Positions 1 through 12,240 of a stretch of DNA of 64,000 bases are shown here, in pieces (the stretch's first letter is position 1; every line of letters begins with the position of its first letter). Location of the stretch: assembly GCF_964355755.1 (NCBI RefSeq), contig NC_092675.1, forward strand, positions 18,634,912 through 18,698,911. The letters run 5' to 3'. Source of the DNA: Antedon mediterranea (lineage: Eukaryota > Animalia > Echinodermata). Below the pieces are notes generated by a model, which was not told where the DNA came from, searched no databases, and saw only the letters and a list, made by a program, of their open reading frames with translations. The translations under genes were made by a program, and so were the position numbers.

Positions 1-62
1 AATTAAAATCAATTCATATTTAATGTGCCTCCCAGCTTCTAACTGTAACTGCTTCGAATGTA

Positions 63-177
63 AAACACTGTCTACACTATCAAACTAGTTTGACTAAGAA
101 AGTGTGATGTGTCTAATATGGTAGTGATATGACGTCACATTTGTTGTCACATGAAGTTTGATAATGTAGACAGAGCT
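63..177. mobile_element. Short MITE (CTGTCTACACTATCAAACT TIR family), Harbinger-like; relatives at ~10123-10230 and ~26993-27134
   Basis: ctgtctacactatcaaact ... agtttgataatgtagacag inverted ends; shared internal atatggtagtgatat (reverse-complemented in the 10.1-kb copy). Confidence 0.65.
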
Positions 178-650
178 TAGACCTCTCGAATATCTCGATC
201 GAAACTTACACACACAAAAGCCTATTCATTTTCTGATAAAAAGCGTAAGCGTCCTCTCTTCTATTTATTAATCAAAGCATAATTATAACTTGGAATAATA
301 TTATAATACTATGTGTATATTATGAATACTGGTGATTTAACATTCACATTTGTTCCGTTTTACGGAACGGAAGACGGCGCCGTGTTGTCATAAAAATAAT
401 GGAAAATCGGCAGCATCATCTTCCATTCCCTGAAACGAAACAAGTGGAATGTAGCGTAAACATGAAAGAGTAATTGATTTTACTCTATCCTGATGTAACA
501 CATTAATACGAATCTAAATGTTAATCGGACCATCGATTTCTAATAATGAAAAGGGCGTTTCCTCAGATTTGAACTACTAACATGATATTAACACAGTCAA
601 CAAATAATCGTATACTATAAATTTAAACTAGGAGGTGTTTTTAAGATGTA

Positions 651-698
651 TATTTACGGCGTATATTCACTACGTATTTACGGCGTATATTCACTACG
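651..698. repeat. 24-bp perfect tandem duplication
   Basis: tatttacggcgtatattcactacg x2. Confidence 0.9.
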
Positions 699-1814
699 TG
701 GAAAATAGTTTCTTTGCTGTTTATCACGTTCGATGGTAAACGTGTCGTCTTCTATTTGCGTCAGTAACAAGAATTGATTAACTAATTAATTTCTCTACGA
801 TTTAAAGTCACGAGAGCGTACATTATAAAAAAACGCTCTACTATATATTATTTTTATCATTGTACAGTGATCGAATATTAGTACTTTTATAACAATAGTA
901 AGACTGTGACATTTCCAAAAGTAGGACTTGTTTACACCCATACGTATGTTTTTGTTACATGCGATGTTTTTGTAGTTTGTTGTGATTCATTTTAATTTCA
1001 GTTTGACAGAAACTGATATAAGAAATAAGAATAACTTTAAATATTGACGTATTCAATTTATAGCAATTCCACAGATTTATGTCTTTAAAGATGCACTTGT
1101 TTATCATATCGGTAGAACTCATTTTAAATTAAACATTTAAATCTTGTACGGTCATATAACAACAGGAACGGGACAGTTTCATGTCAAGCTAAGGTAACAG
1201 TGTCATCCATATCACACGGGTGACACAATGCTTTTGAAAATGAGAGGAAATGTAACATCAATTATAAAAAAAGGTTGTAATCATCAGGCAAGAAACTATA
1301 GAGGTTGTTTACTATTTGCTAGTCATGATACTGTATACGACATTCGGGCCAATTAAAAGGCAAACTACTTACACCAAAAAATGTCTAAGACAGTGTAGGT
1401 ATTCATTTTTAAAAATATGGATATGTCAACCCGACAAACATGATATAATAACAACAATAAACCGCTATCGAGTCATAGGACAGCAACGTGCGTCTCCTGA
1501 CACACACCAGCGTTTGACAGTCATTCTATTCGGTTGATTGGTTGCCTTCAATTTCCAATGTGTTCAATAAGTAATTCACATGTGTTTTTTTTAAAATCGT
1601 GACATATGTTTTCAAGTTAAGGAAAGAGAAGAGATGCGTATCGTAAAAACAGTTTGTCTCCTCTCCTATTTATGGCACAACCAATGCTTCAACTGCGTTC
1701 ATTCTAGTTAAGGATATTTGGCGTGTCATATTAATACTTGATCTGGTCAACAATCAAATGAATATATACCAACGTAAAAAAATACAATATGAGACTTATG
1801 TCCAGGTAGGCCTA

Positions 1815-2012
1815 CTGTGTATCTATCAAAGTATCATAGGAATATTTGATAATACAACATCACATGTGTTTCACATGTATGTAGTAGTAACCTAACATTT
1901 AACGTAACCTTCATGATACAGGTACCACATGTGATATAAATGAGATGCTGTTTCACTATATTCCTTTAATATTTCGGCAATATAGTATGTGGAGATACAG
2001 CATACAGCACTG
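1815..2012 (+). repeat. Dispersed ~150-200 bp repeat family ending tgtggagatacagcactg; other copies ~10715-10846, ~29960-30060, ~37570-37752, ~42180-42292
   Basis: Shared atcataggaatatttg(g/a)taatacaacatcacatgtgtttcacatgtat, taacctaacc and near-identical 3' end. Confidence 0.75.
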
Positions 2013-2478
2013 AGTTCAACCTAAAACAGTACGTTACCGAATTATGCATAATGTTTGAAAGAAGAATTAAGGACACATTTAATATCTTGTATAATTAATT
2101 TTAAATAAGCAACCAACAAACAATTACAGAATTAATTCAAAAGAATGTAATTTATAACAAACAATGCTATAATTAATTATAGTGTTAATGATATTGCTTA
2201 TGATAACAGTTCAAATTATACCAAGATATTCACATTACGAATGATATAATATCCGTGGGTGGTTTAATAATATCATTTTAATTAACGTTACCAATTTATA
2301 TAACCATGTATTCCATACCCGTTTCACACAATTGCTAGCATGTCTAGTACACAGCATTGTATTTTACCAGTGGTTAAGATACGTTTCACATCAAACCTCG
2401 GCCTGGTTCAGTGCCAAGAGTAATCTGAACGTAAATACAGTTGTTTTGTTTTTTTTTGTTGCTAGACACCCAAAGAAG

Positions 2479-2662
2479 ATGGGCCAATGTTGCTGTTGCT
2501 TATACATTCCTAGGAATCACGAGTTAAGCGAAACGGATTCATTTGCCACTTTAACGTCGTCATCCACAGCAGAGAACAAGAGCCTATGGCCAGACGCAAA
2601 GAAGAATGACAGGGTGTGGTTCTGGGTTTCAAAACCCACAGAGGAAACAAAGACCCCGCCTA
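2479..2662 (+). CDS. SYT15-like: SYT15-like coding exon 1 (MGQCCCCLYIP..)
   Basis: Acceptor tttttgttgctag ends 2465; ATG 2479; donor GTGAGT at 2663; phase 1 fits next exon. Confidence 0.7.
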
Positions 2663-5600
2663 GTGAGTGCATTGATTAATATTAGTGTCTTGGTTCCCAT
2701 TTAAACGAAACGCAAGTAATTTGACCAATCACGACCCGTGAATCATTCGAACAACTCATTGTATTAAGCCTACGTCGTCGTTGCGCCCAAAAGTGAGCAC
2801 CAAATGTTAAGCCCAAATTAAATAAAGGCCAAGTTGCATTTACACAAACCGCGGAGTGGACGGGCGGTTGCCGCGCAGGATACAGATTCTGTATACGTGG
2901 GAAAAGCTGCGTGGTTTTAGTTGTGCGCATGTTTTTCACACCTCACAAAAGAAAGGATCACGTCTTTAGACAAAAATGTCATTACTAAAACCTAACTATG
3001 TGTCCAATTGACACATACAGTACATTGGTATTATTAATTATGTTAACCATATATTGAACGAAACGACTCGGATGCTTTGATGTATACCTCCCACGCGACC
3101 CATTTGAAGGATATTTTGTTCCGTATGACCGCTGCGTCGATTCAGGAATAAACTCAATAGCATTAAGTTATATATTGATATAAGATAATGTTAACAAATC
3201 ATAATGGATTAATATTATCTTATTAGTTGTTAAAACAACATACGGGAAAATGAAATATAAATTTAATGTAATGATTTTTCGAATTTAATTAAAAAACAAA
3301 TTTTTTTTTTTCAAAATTAAATTGAAAAAAGCATGAAGTGTATGATATTTTTATAGAATGGCAATTTTTAATTGTGTGTATTTAATTGTTATTCCTATTG
3401 AAATTCATGTGAGGCTCTCATAAGGTTTCAATCTATAACGACAATAAACTACCAATAGTATCTATCTAATTTTCTCGTTGTAGCCCATGTGGAACGTGTG
3501 GTTGCCGTCACACACAAGAACAAGCTGTTTATTTCGTTTTACGGGAAATTATATTAACGATAAAAAGTGTCACCGTGACCGAGTAGAGTCTTTTTCACTG
3601 CGCATAATGCGTACATTATTTTAGATTGCGTTGATATGACGTCGCGGAAGCACGCGTCTAGTCTGGCTTTGTGAGTGCTGCATTAAACTGTTACTATTAC
3701 TACTATTAATCACATAGCATCTGACAGTGGAGATTCCGCAACATCGCACGAGGAAGCAGTGCCAGCTATTACGTACACAAATTCCCCGAGCGTCTCACCG
3801 ATTCCAGAAAGGCGACGGAGTTTCACACCTCAGTTTCCATTAGGTACGTTACGTCCTGAGCTTTACGCCAGTGATGACGTCAAAGCAGATGGAAAGCGTT
3901 CAAGGTCATATTCCGGAGGAAGTAATGATGAATTTACGGAAACGTATGGATCTGTTACGTTCGCTATTAGATACAGCAAAGCATCGCATAGGTAAGTACA
4001 ATAACACCTGCAAGATGTTATGTTATCAAAATTATTTGTCTAGGTTGGTTTTAATTTTCAAAAGAGTGCGTAACGCATGTCTGTTTAAAAACAGACATGC
4101 GTTACGCACTGGACCGTAGCATTGCATTTCGTGCTGTAAGGTCCCACTAGGACGCTTCGCTTTTGATTGGGCAATTAGTTTGGGTTGTGGCTTACGTCCT
4201 TGCGTTGCAATCATATCTGAATATGGCTTCACATTGTCGGCTCCAGAGTTTTTTTTAAAATGAAATTTGGTAAGATTACATAGGTACTAGTTTAGGCTCA
4301 TGGTAATTATGCGTGACGACAATCAACGATAATACGTGGGTCGTCAACAATTTAAAGCTGCCAAAATTATGATGAGATTGACGATTATTTGCTGATATTG
4401 ATTGTTCTTCATTTAATGGCAAAAAATAATGTGTAAGAACGTCACTTTAAATGAGAAGCAAATACGTTATGTTATAGGTCTACAGTATATCAAATAATAT
4501 CATTGTATGTGTGTCTACATTTTTGTTTTGTAATATAAAAGGATGGTTGTACATCTTCAGCAAGTTTCCGATCTACCAGCAAAAGGACAAGGGGACATCG
4601 CGTATGACACTATTGTATCAGCATGTATTTTACCTGATGAAAAGTTTACTTGCGAGTCGAGCGTCGTGCATCGAACGCTAAACCCAGATTATGACGAAGA
4701 ACTCGACTTTCCATTAGATATGAAGAAATCATTAGAACGACAAGCACTGCGAATGTCTGTATGTGATGCTGTTCGACGTCATAAGTATAACGTCGTTGGA
4801 CACGTGATCGTTCCGTTTCCACAGTGTGATTTTAGTGGAACCCCTAAAACGTTCAAGAAAGCAATCAAGAAAAGATCAAAGGTATGAATAGGTTTATTTA
4901 GACCACGATGAGGTGGTTATGAACATTTAGACTGCACATTGTAATATCAAAATATTACAGTCATAAGATCTCACTCACTGACGCATAAAAAAGTAGGCCT
5001 ACGTAGCAGTTTTGATATCTTACCTCAATGCTATCCAACTAAATACTAAATAATATTTAGTTAGATGTTTTACGTCAGTGCAAAAGTTCATATATTTTTA
5101 AAAAGCGAAATGATTAAATGATCACGATTTTTTTGACAAGCACCTAAGTCTGTAATCTAAGCTCTTAAATATCGAACAACTTGTTAAAATATATCCCATG
5201 AGAATAATGATTCAATCGCCTATTTAATGCATAATCCATTAAAACTACTGTATTTAAGTGTACTTCGTGTAGGCCTAGCTTCAATCGTGATACCGCGGTT
5301 GAACATGGATTTATTAGTAAAACACGCGCTGTTTAAAAATAAACGTTCGTATTATGTACCTATTTTAAAATGAAATACGAGGAAACTCGTTTAAAGAGCG
5401 CACACTTCCTATGAATAAAAATAGAAAACAGTAAATAAGCACATTTATTTTTTTCAATTTCATTTCAATTCACATTTATTTACTCATCGTTTATAAATAC
5501 AGTTTCATAGCATAAATGATGGCAAGGATCCTGCATAGAGAAGTTTACACTTCTGTTTTCGCAGGACCCTTTTACATAAAAAACATAAAACAATAAACAA

Positions 5601-7427
5601 TAGAACTAGTCAAATCGCTTTCCATCTGAATAGTTCAGTAACATAATGGGGTGCTGGTTAGATACAAAATACTCTTTACTCAGTCTTACATTTATTTCTC
5701 TCACACAGAATATTTATTATGACAATTGTGTGCCGTGCTTGTTAAAACGACCTCGTCTAAGCAAGTGCATAAAATATCCTCTTTAAGCCGATTTTCCACT
5801 AGGCGAATTTGTTCGCGCGAATCCAACGTTTCGAAGAGAAATAAATCGCCTACTCTCTTTCCACTACATGAGCGAATAGCTGCGACGTTCATGTTCCTCG
5901 CGTGGTTGCTGAGCATTTCGATTCGCATGAGTGCTCATGAAAGCGTCATATCTCATTTCCTGAGCTCTGATTGGTTGCGCAATATTTCGCTTCGCAAAAA
6001 ATAGAAACAATTCGAACTAGTAAATTTCGCTGAAGCGAAAAATCAAAGAAACTAGAATTCGTCGAAGAAGGCAGTATGACAGACAGAAACGCGAATACGC
6101 ATGTGCATAGCATGACGCTTTCGATTCGCGCGAACAAATTCGCCTAGTGGAAAATCGGCTTTAGGCTGAATCTGGTGTATGCCATTCTATAATATAGTTT
6201 ATATCGTACATGTATACATTGTGTTCATTTGGAATTGTCTTTTAAAAGTAAAATGTACGTTTGAGAATATGTTAATTTGATTAATTTAACGACAATTAAT
6301 GTTGTTGACAGATAACACACCACTTGGGACGACTGATGTTAACGTTGGCGTACTTACCTTCGACTGATCGCTTGTCTGTTGTTATAATTAAAGCTAATGG
6401 ATTACAGGGCATGGAAAAGGAGACCAAGGAGCTACAGTCAATGGGTAAGTTAGACATGTTATTATAAATAGTTATATGCCGTCCTGTTATCTCAATATAT
6501 ATAAAGCAACGATATCAAGTTAAGTTCGTTCTTAACTGCATTTACGAAAACGATGGCCTGTTACAATGCATAACATTCACCGATCCACAATGGGAACGAA
6601 ATGAGTCCCAACGTACGTATCTTATACCGTTATGCATTACGTCATTCTATAATGTAATCACGCATAACGAAGAGAGTGTCATCACAACATACTAACGGTA
6701 TGATATTTAACGTTAAAGGCCTATAAATTTAAAGAAGGGCAGTTAGTTAATAACATATTGTTTGGTTAACGGGTCCAAATGATAAACAATACACTGGATA
6801 TTTCATTGTTTCACTTTTAACTGACGAAAAGCTTAATCAAAGATAAAATGACACGGTTTGTAAAAAAAACTGCTAAATTTAACGGCCCTTTATAGGAGAG
6901 TTATACCTCCTTCATGTAGATCATGGTTTTGTTATACTATGTCGAATATAGGCCTTATGCCAGTGTTAAATCGAGTAAATAAATAATGTTTTAATGACGT
7001 CACGATCAAACTGTACCACTAATGAACTCTAATATTTATACGTCCACGTATGTGTGCTTCGTTTTTATAGCTTCTATACACAAAAGAATTGCCACTTAAT
7101 GAGGGCATATTTTTTATTTCAGAAACGTATGTAAAGGTATCTTTAATGGTGGGTGAGGACAAGGTAAAATCACGTCATACTAACGTGTCGACTGGCTCGA
7201 GCCCTATATTCACAGAATCATTGACGTTTGTCGTACCAAATGAATATATTAGTGACGCTTGTCTTGTAATACAAGTTTTGCAGAAAGGACATTTTAAGAG
7301 GGATGATACAATTGGACGACTAATTCTAGGCCCGTACATGTACACAGATGGTCGCAATCTAAGTCACTGGGGTAAAATGGTCACTCATCGCGAAGCCACC
7401 AAAAAATGGCATGATTTATATTTATGA
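2479..7427 (+). CDS. SYT15-like: Synaptotagmin-15-like tandem C2-domain protein, spliced: 2479-2662, 3718-3991, 4542-4881, 6312-6444, 7123-7427 (~411 aa)
   Basis: Five exons join with GT-AG sites and compatible phases (1,2,0,1) into one 1236-nt ORF. LGTLRPELY linker, C2A (YGSVTFAIRY..RTLNPDYDEEL..VVGHVIVP) and C2B (LGRLMLTLAYLPSTDRLSVVIIKANGL..GRLILGPYMYTDGRNLSHWGKM..KKWHDL); the GPYMYT..HW..M..WH tail recalls SYT15. Start codon could be extended by an upstream exon. Confidence 0.85.
3718..3991 (+). CDS. SYT15-like: SYT15-like coding exon 2 (linker and start of C2A)
   Basis: cacatag acceptor, GTAAGT donor, encodes LGTLRPELY and YGSVTFAIRY. Confidence 0.85.
4065..4110. repeat. Perfect palindrome, 22-bp arms, 2-nt spacer (SYT intron 2)
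   Basis: agtgcgtaacgcatgtctgttt aa aaacagacatgcgttacgcact. Confidence 0.9.
4542..4881 (+). CDS. SYT15-like: SYT15-like coding exon 3 (C2A)
   Basis: aaag acceptor, GTATGA donor, C2 motifs ILPDEK, RTLNPDYDE, VVGHV. Confidence 0.9.
5786..6160. mobile_element. PIF/Harbinger-type MITE, 375 bp (SYT intron 3)
   Basis: Perfect 38-bp TIRs (agccgattttccactaggcgaatttgttcgcgcgaatc), TTA TSD at 5783-5785 and 6161-6163. Confidence 0.9.
6312..6444 (+). CDS. SYT15-like: SYT15-like coding exon 4 (start of C2B; absent from ORF track)
   Basis: ttgacag acceptor, GTAAGT donor; ITHHLGRLMLTLAYLPSTDRLSVVIIKANGLQGMEKETKELQSM. Confidence 0.9.
7123..7427 (+). CDS. SYT15-like: SYT15-like last coding exon (C2B)
   Basis: tttttatttcag acceptor; ETYVKVSLM..SPIFTESLTFVVP..HWGKM..WHDLYL*. 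Confidence 0.9.
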
Positions 7428-8813
7428 ATCGTAATTTTTAAATCGTTGTAAAAGCTTTTGATACTGTGATGTGAGTACGTGCCTGTTTTTCTTGTTGCAT
7501 AATGCAGTTAGTAGAGCTATCAATAATAAATCTACCCAATGTGTGGATGTATACAGAAATTGTAAGAAGCTTTTATGATTGGGACACATCCATCGTGTTG
7601 GGCTATTAGACAATCTGGTAAACACGCTTGGAAAATCCACACATTATCTTTGAAGAAATGGATAAATGAGATATGATATTTCATTTCATTTCACGATTGG
7701 AAAAGATGAATATGGTTTTTTCCCTACTCAGTGGATTTTATAATTACTTACTATTGCCTTGTGTTTTGGTTGACATATTGAAGATAATATTTCCAATTAA
7801 CATGTTAATTTTTAACATTTACCGTACAATAAGACAAGAATTGCATTTTAAATGAATACATGTATGCATTCTGGTAAAGCACGGTGGTAATCAATGTTGT
7901 ATTTTGTTGTTGTTATACGACTGCACGGAAGATATCGACGATTAGTTAGGCTAAAGTTGGTACATTTATTTTAATAATCCAAAGCAATTCGTGTTACTAC
8001 CTATGTTTTAACAAATACAATGGTCGTTTTTAAAATCATTTTTGCTCAATAAAATCATCGACAGATTTAAGTTAGAATGCAATCGTTCTAATGTTAAGCT
8101 CAATTCATTATCAGAAATCTATGAAACGAATTGTTCACAATGTTATACCCATCTCTCTGATAACCGAAAGAGATGGGTTAATGAGCCATCCAGATATAAA
8201 TCGATATAGTTGACATTTATGGAGAGATAATGACCGTAGAAATACTATAGGTGAACTACATCTTTAAAAAATACAACATTAGTCAGGGCTAATATAATAG
8301 TATAATAGTTGTCAATGTTATTATTGTTATTCCGAGGAAATTTATGCGAAGTTTGTTAATCATATTGAAAAATGTGTATAAAGACAGTATATTAATTATA
8401 AAAACTGGAGACGTTGTGTTTGTTCATTTTGACCGTTGAATGACTTAATGAACGTCATGAACTACACTTTTTTTCATTTTTTCTTCTAGCATTCTACATT
8501 CACGTACTCAGCATAATAAGCCTACAATTTAACTCGGAGTGGAGTGACAATTAAAAAGGTCATATAATATATTATTATATGTATGATGAGCACATATAAT
8601 TTATGTTATTTCTTATGACCATTTACACAAAACACGGAGCGGACGGTTTCAGGATAGATGCAGATTCTATGGGACAAAACTACGCGGTTTTCCGCTTACC
8701 GTTACCTCTCGTCTGTGTAAACTGGTCAACACCATCGATTCTATAAACGGAACGACGGGGATGGGGTACAAACAAATATTACTACTTCACGTTGTAGACC
8801 ATTACACTGAATA

Positions 8814-9290
8814 CCATAAATCTTCTAATTGTAACCCTGGGTTATTATTCTTTGATTGTTTTTTAGGGTGGGTTACTATTAGAAGGGGGATTACTATTAG
8901 AATAGTGGGTTACCGTACTAGTATTACTATTAGTAATCTTAAATTAGGCACCTGGAAATAGTAACTCACCCGACTTTTTCCGGTCAGCAACTCATAACAA
9001 AATAATAAAACAGTAGGGATAAACACATTTGTTTGAACTCTAACTTTATTTTATAAACTCAAAGACACTCAATCCTCCCTACTCCCGAGATCAACATCAG
9101 CATTACCTCCTTATTTTCAAAATACGTCTGCATCATAAACGACCATTCTTCATAATGTCATTTTGTCAATAGTTTTTGTGACTCTTATAGTACCCCCATG
9201 GGTTACTATTAGAGTAGTGGGTTATTATTATAGATTGACTTATAAGGTGGGTTACTATTAGAGTGCTGGTTATTATTAGAATATTTACCG
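8814..9290. mobile_element. Tc1/pogo-type MITE, TA-flanked
   Basis: Imperfect TIRs ccataaatcttctaattgtaacc / ggttattattagaatatttaccg, TA on both sides, multiple subterminal gggttactattag repeats. Confidence 0.7.
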
Positions 9291-12118
9291 TATCAGGTTT
9301 CTGTGGGAAGACACGATACTTAATGTTTTTTTACTGTCGTTCATGATACTCTGCAGTATCGAGTGCGATCAATAATAATGGAATATAGTACAGTAGTAAG
9401 TAAACAGTCCAAGTAAACAGTACAACCAACGTCCAGACATTTTCAACGTTACTTTAGTGTACCACAAACTTGACTTTATTTGCCGCTGCAAGCATTGAAA
9501 CAAAAAGAAAACGGACGTCAGTTCTGATCAGTTAAATTCCAAGAACACATTATTTTGTCAATTAAAATTCTTTCTTTTGAATAAAAAACAAGTATTTTAT
9601 TATAATATACAAGTATACCATCCATGACTGCAATTAATGTGTTGTTATCAGTGCACGTACGGGAGAATTATTATATGAGTTTGTAAAAGTACTCAGGTTA
9701 ATGCAAATTGACAGCATTTTTTAATTACAACTATAATTACTAAAATAAATCGTCAAAGTGTAATACGCGAATTCGTTTAGTTGCTGATACTGGATCAATT
9801 TTCATAATTGCTCATTATGAACTCTCCGTATTTACACTATCGATATACCGGTACGTAATTAACTATTCGTACTGTCAACATATCGGTTTGTAGGCCTACT
9901 ATTATACACTTATTTATCCTATCGACATACCGACCAGTGCGTATACTATGTTGGTTATTATACAAAATAAAGAAGGTTTAAGAGTTGAATGGAAAACATA
10001 TTAAACCGTTCTATTTAACGAGGCAACGCTGAAGCAGCGTCTTAACGAAAGGCAAGTTATTTAAAAGCTTTAAGAAAATAGCCCTTAACTTTTGTAAAAT
10101 GACTTGGTATAGGCCTAGGCCTAAAGCTCTGTCTACATCCAACTTTATGTGACAAAAAATGTGATGTGGATATATATGAACATGATGATGTCTTATCACT
10201 ACCATATTTAAGCATATCACTACCATTTTGAAAAAAGTGATATAAAGTGATGAATATGAGGGTACGATATTAGGGGGGAAAGATGCGGTATGTCATTAAG
10301 GCTTGCGGCTGATTGTTACTATTATTGTAATTATTCGTATTACAAAGTGGTTAATGAAAATATTACAATAATAACCTTACTGCTTTGGGGCTTTGAGTCA
10401 ATTGGATATCAAGGTTCCGATCAAAATAGATCACGTAGTGCGGCTAATGACACTAAGCCTCTTCATTGAAAAAACGTATTTTCATGATATCCCACATAAA
10501 AAACAAGTGGACAACGGACGTGTTTTATTCTTATAATCAACAGGTATAAGGCACACCAATTACGGGTTGACAATTAAATAATTATACATTAGACCTATTG
10601 AACAAACAGGCGCTTTTACTTGATGTTCCCCTTTCAAGCTAGGAACATGCAGAAGTAAATGGTCAATAGGACTACGAACTAGTAGTCGATTCTCGTTTTC
10701 TATTTCCGAAGCATATGAATATTTGGTAATACAAGAACATTTAACAACCCTTAACCTAACCTTACATGATACAGGCACAACTATTACCAAATATTCCTGA
10801 TACTTTGAAAATATATATACAGTAGTATGTGGAGAAACAGCACTGGGATGAGATGCAACTAGCCCAGTTCGAGTCATGATTTTTTTTCTCATTTGTGGAA
10901 CAACGAACATCTGTGAAAACTTGCATGTCTCGATCATGTCAAATACTATACGTTGCACGAAATGTACAATTTAATGTAATGTGTGCAACGGTTCATCATT
11001 TTCTCAGAAACAGCAATGAAACTGTTAAGTCTCACTGCTGATTCTGATTACAATCTCTCTAACATTAACGAACGACAGTATCACTAATAAACATTCCAGA
11101 GGCAAATTGTTTGGACGACGTTAATGTATTATCTTTGTCAATATTTTCGTCTAAAACACACCAACGCAACTGTTGCAGAATGTAGAAATTAATCACGCCA
11201 ACGTACACATTAAAGGTGTATTGTCCCCCCAAAACATAAACAATTCAGATTTGAATAGCCGATTCACGTTCAAAGTAATGATTTCACTTACAAAAGAGAA
11301 AATAAACAGTTAAATTCACAGGCATATGAAAAAAATAATATATGTAACATTTTGTTTTTTTAGGGGAGTGGGGGGGGGGGGGCAATATATCAAAACGAAA
11401 TGGTGCGAGGGAGTCATCTCAATTAGAAATGTTGATTTACAACTAAAAATAAACAGTATATTACTGGAGGAAATATTTACGTATTCTGGGTCTAGTAATA
11501 TTTGTCACTTTTTCAACACCAAGCGTCAATTCAATTATCAAATATTGGGTGATGCCATCGTATTTTTTTATCAAAAAAAAATAAAAAAATACACACTGAA
11601 TAATTCATTTCAGAATACATTTATTCTCTCCGCTGAAAGTTGATCTCAGTCCTCCATATAATTTATTCCATGTAATAACGTTGAAAAAAAATATAATAAT
11701 TATAAATACGTTACTTGTTACATAGGAAATGTTTTGTCAATGCACCACAACATCTGAAGAAGCACTGTATATTTAATAATGTGGATAATTGGTGGATGTG
11801 ATTCCTGATTATCACAAATACAATGGAAATATTTTTTATTTATTTTGATGTCTGCTGTATCGTTGCCTTTTGTTCCGTGACTTGCAACCTACTTCATTAT
11901 TAAAAGTAAAAAACATAGGACAAGATGAAACAGACAAGCTTCACCTAATGATTATATAATAATCAAATACAATTTAAGGTATAAAGACAATTTTCTTACA
12001 ATAACATCCCCTCAAAACAACAAGGTGGTTCTTGCAATAATGTAAAATTATCAAAACTAGTAATTTAATATACTTTATTCATTTACTGTTACTAATATTA
12101 TTATTCTGTTTAAATCAT

Positions 12119-12240
12119 TTATTTCTTATAACTGTAGAATCCTTCTCCGGTCTTAACACCTAGTTTTCCCTCGGACACAAGTTTGTCTACTGAGGGGCTG
12201 GGATTGAATAAAGCGTTGTCTGGATATTTCTCGTGCCATC
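12119..12240 (-). CDS. HADH: HADH exon 8 (stop)
   Basis: [40 protein letters not shown]. Confidence 0.95.

Noticed and set aside
10560-10958. 132-aa minus-strand ORF
   Set aside because: Overlaps a dispersed repeat copy; no recognisable protein features
11210-11650. Kolobok-like left end ttaaaggtgtattgtcccc
   Set aside because: No matching right TIR found; cannot delimit the element
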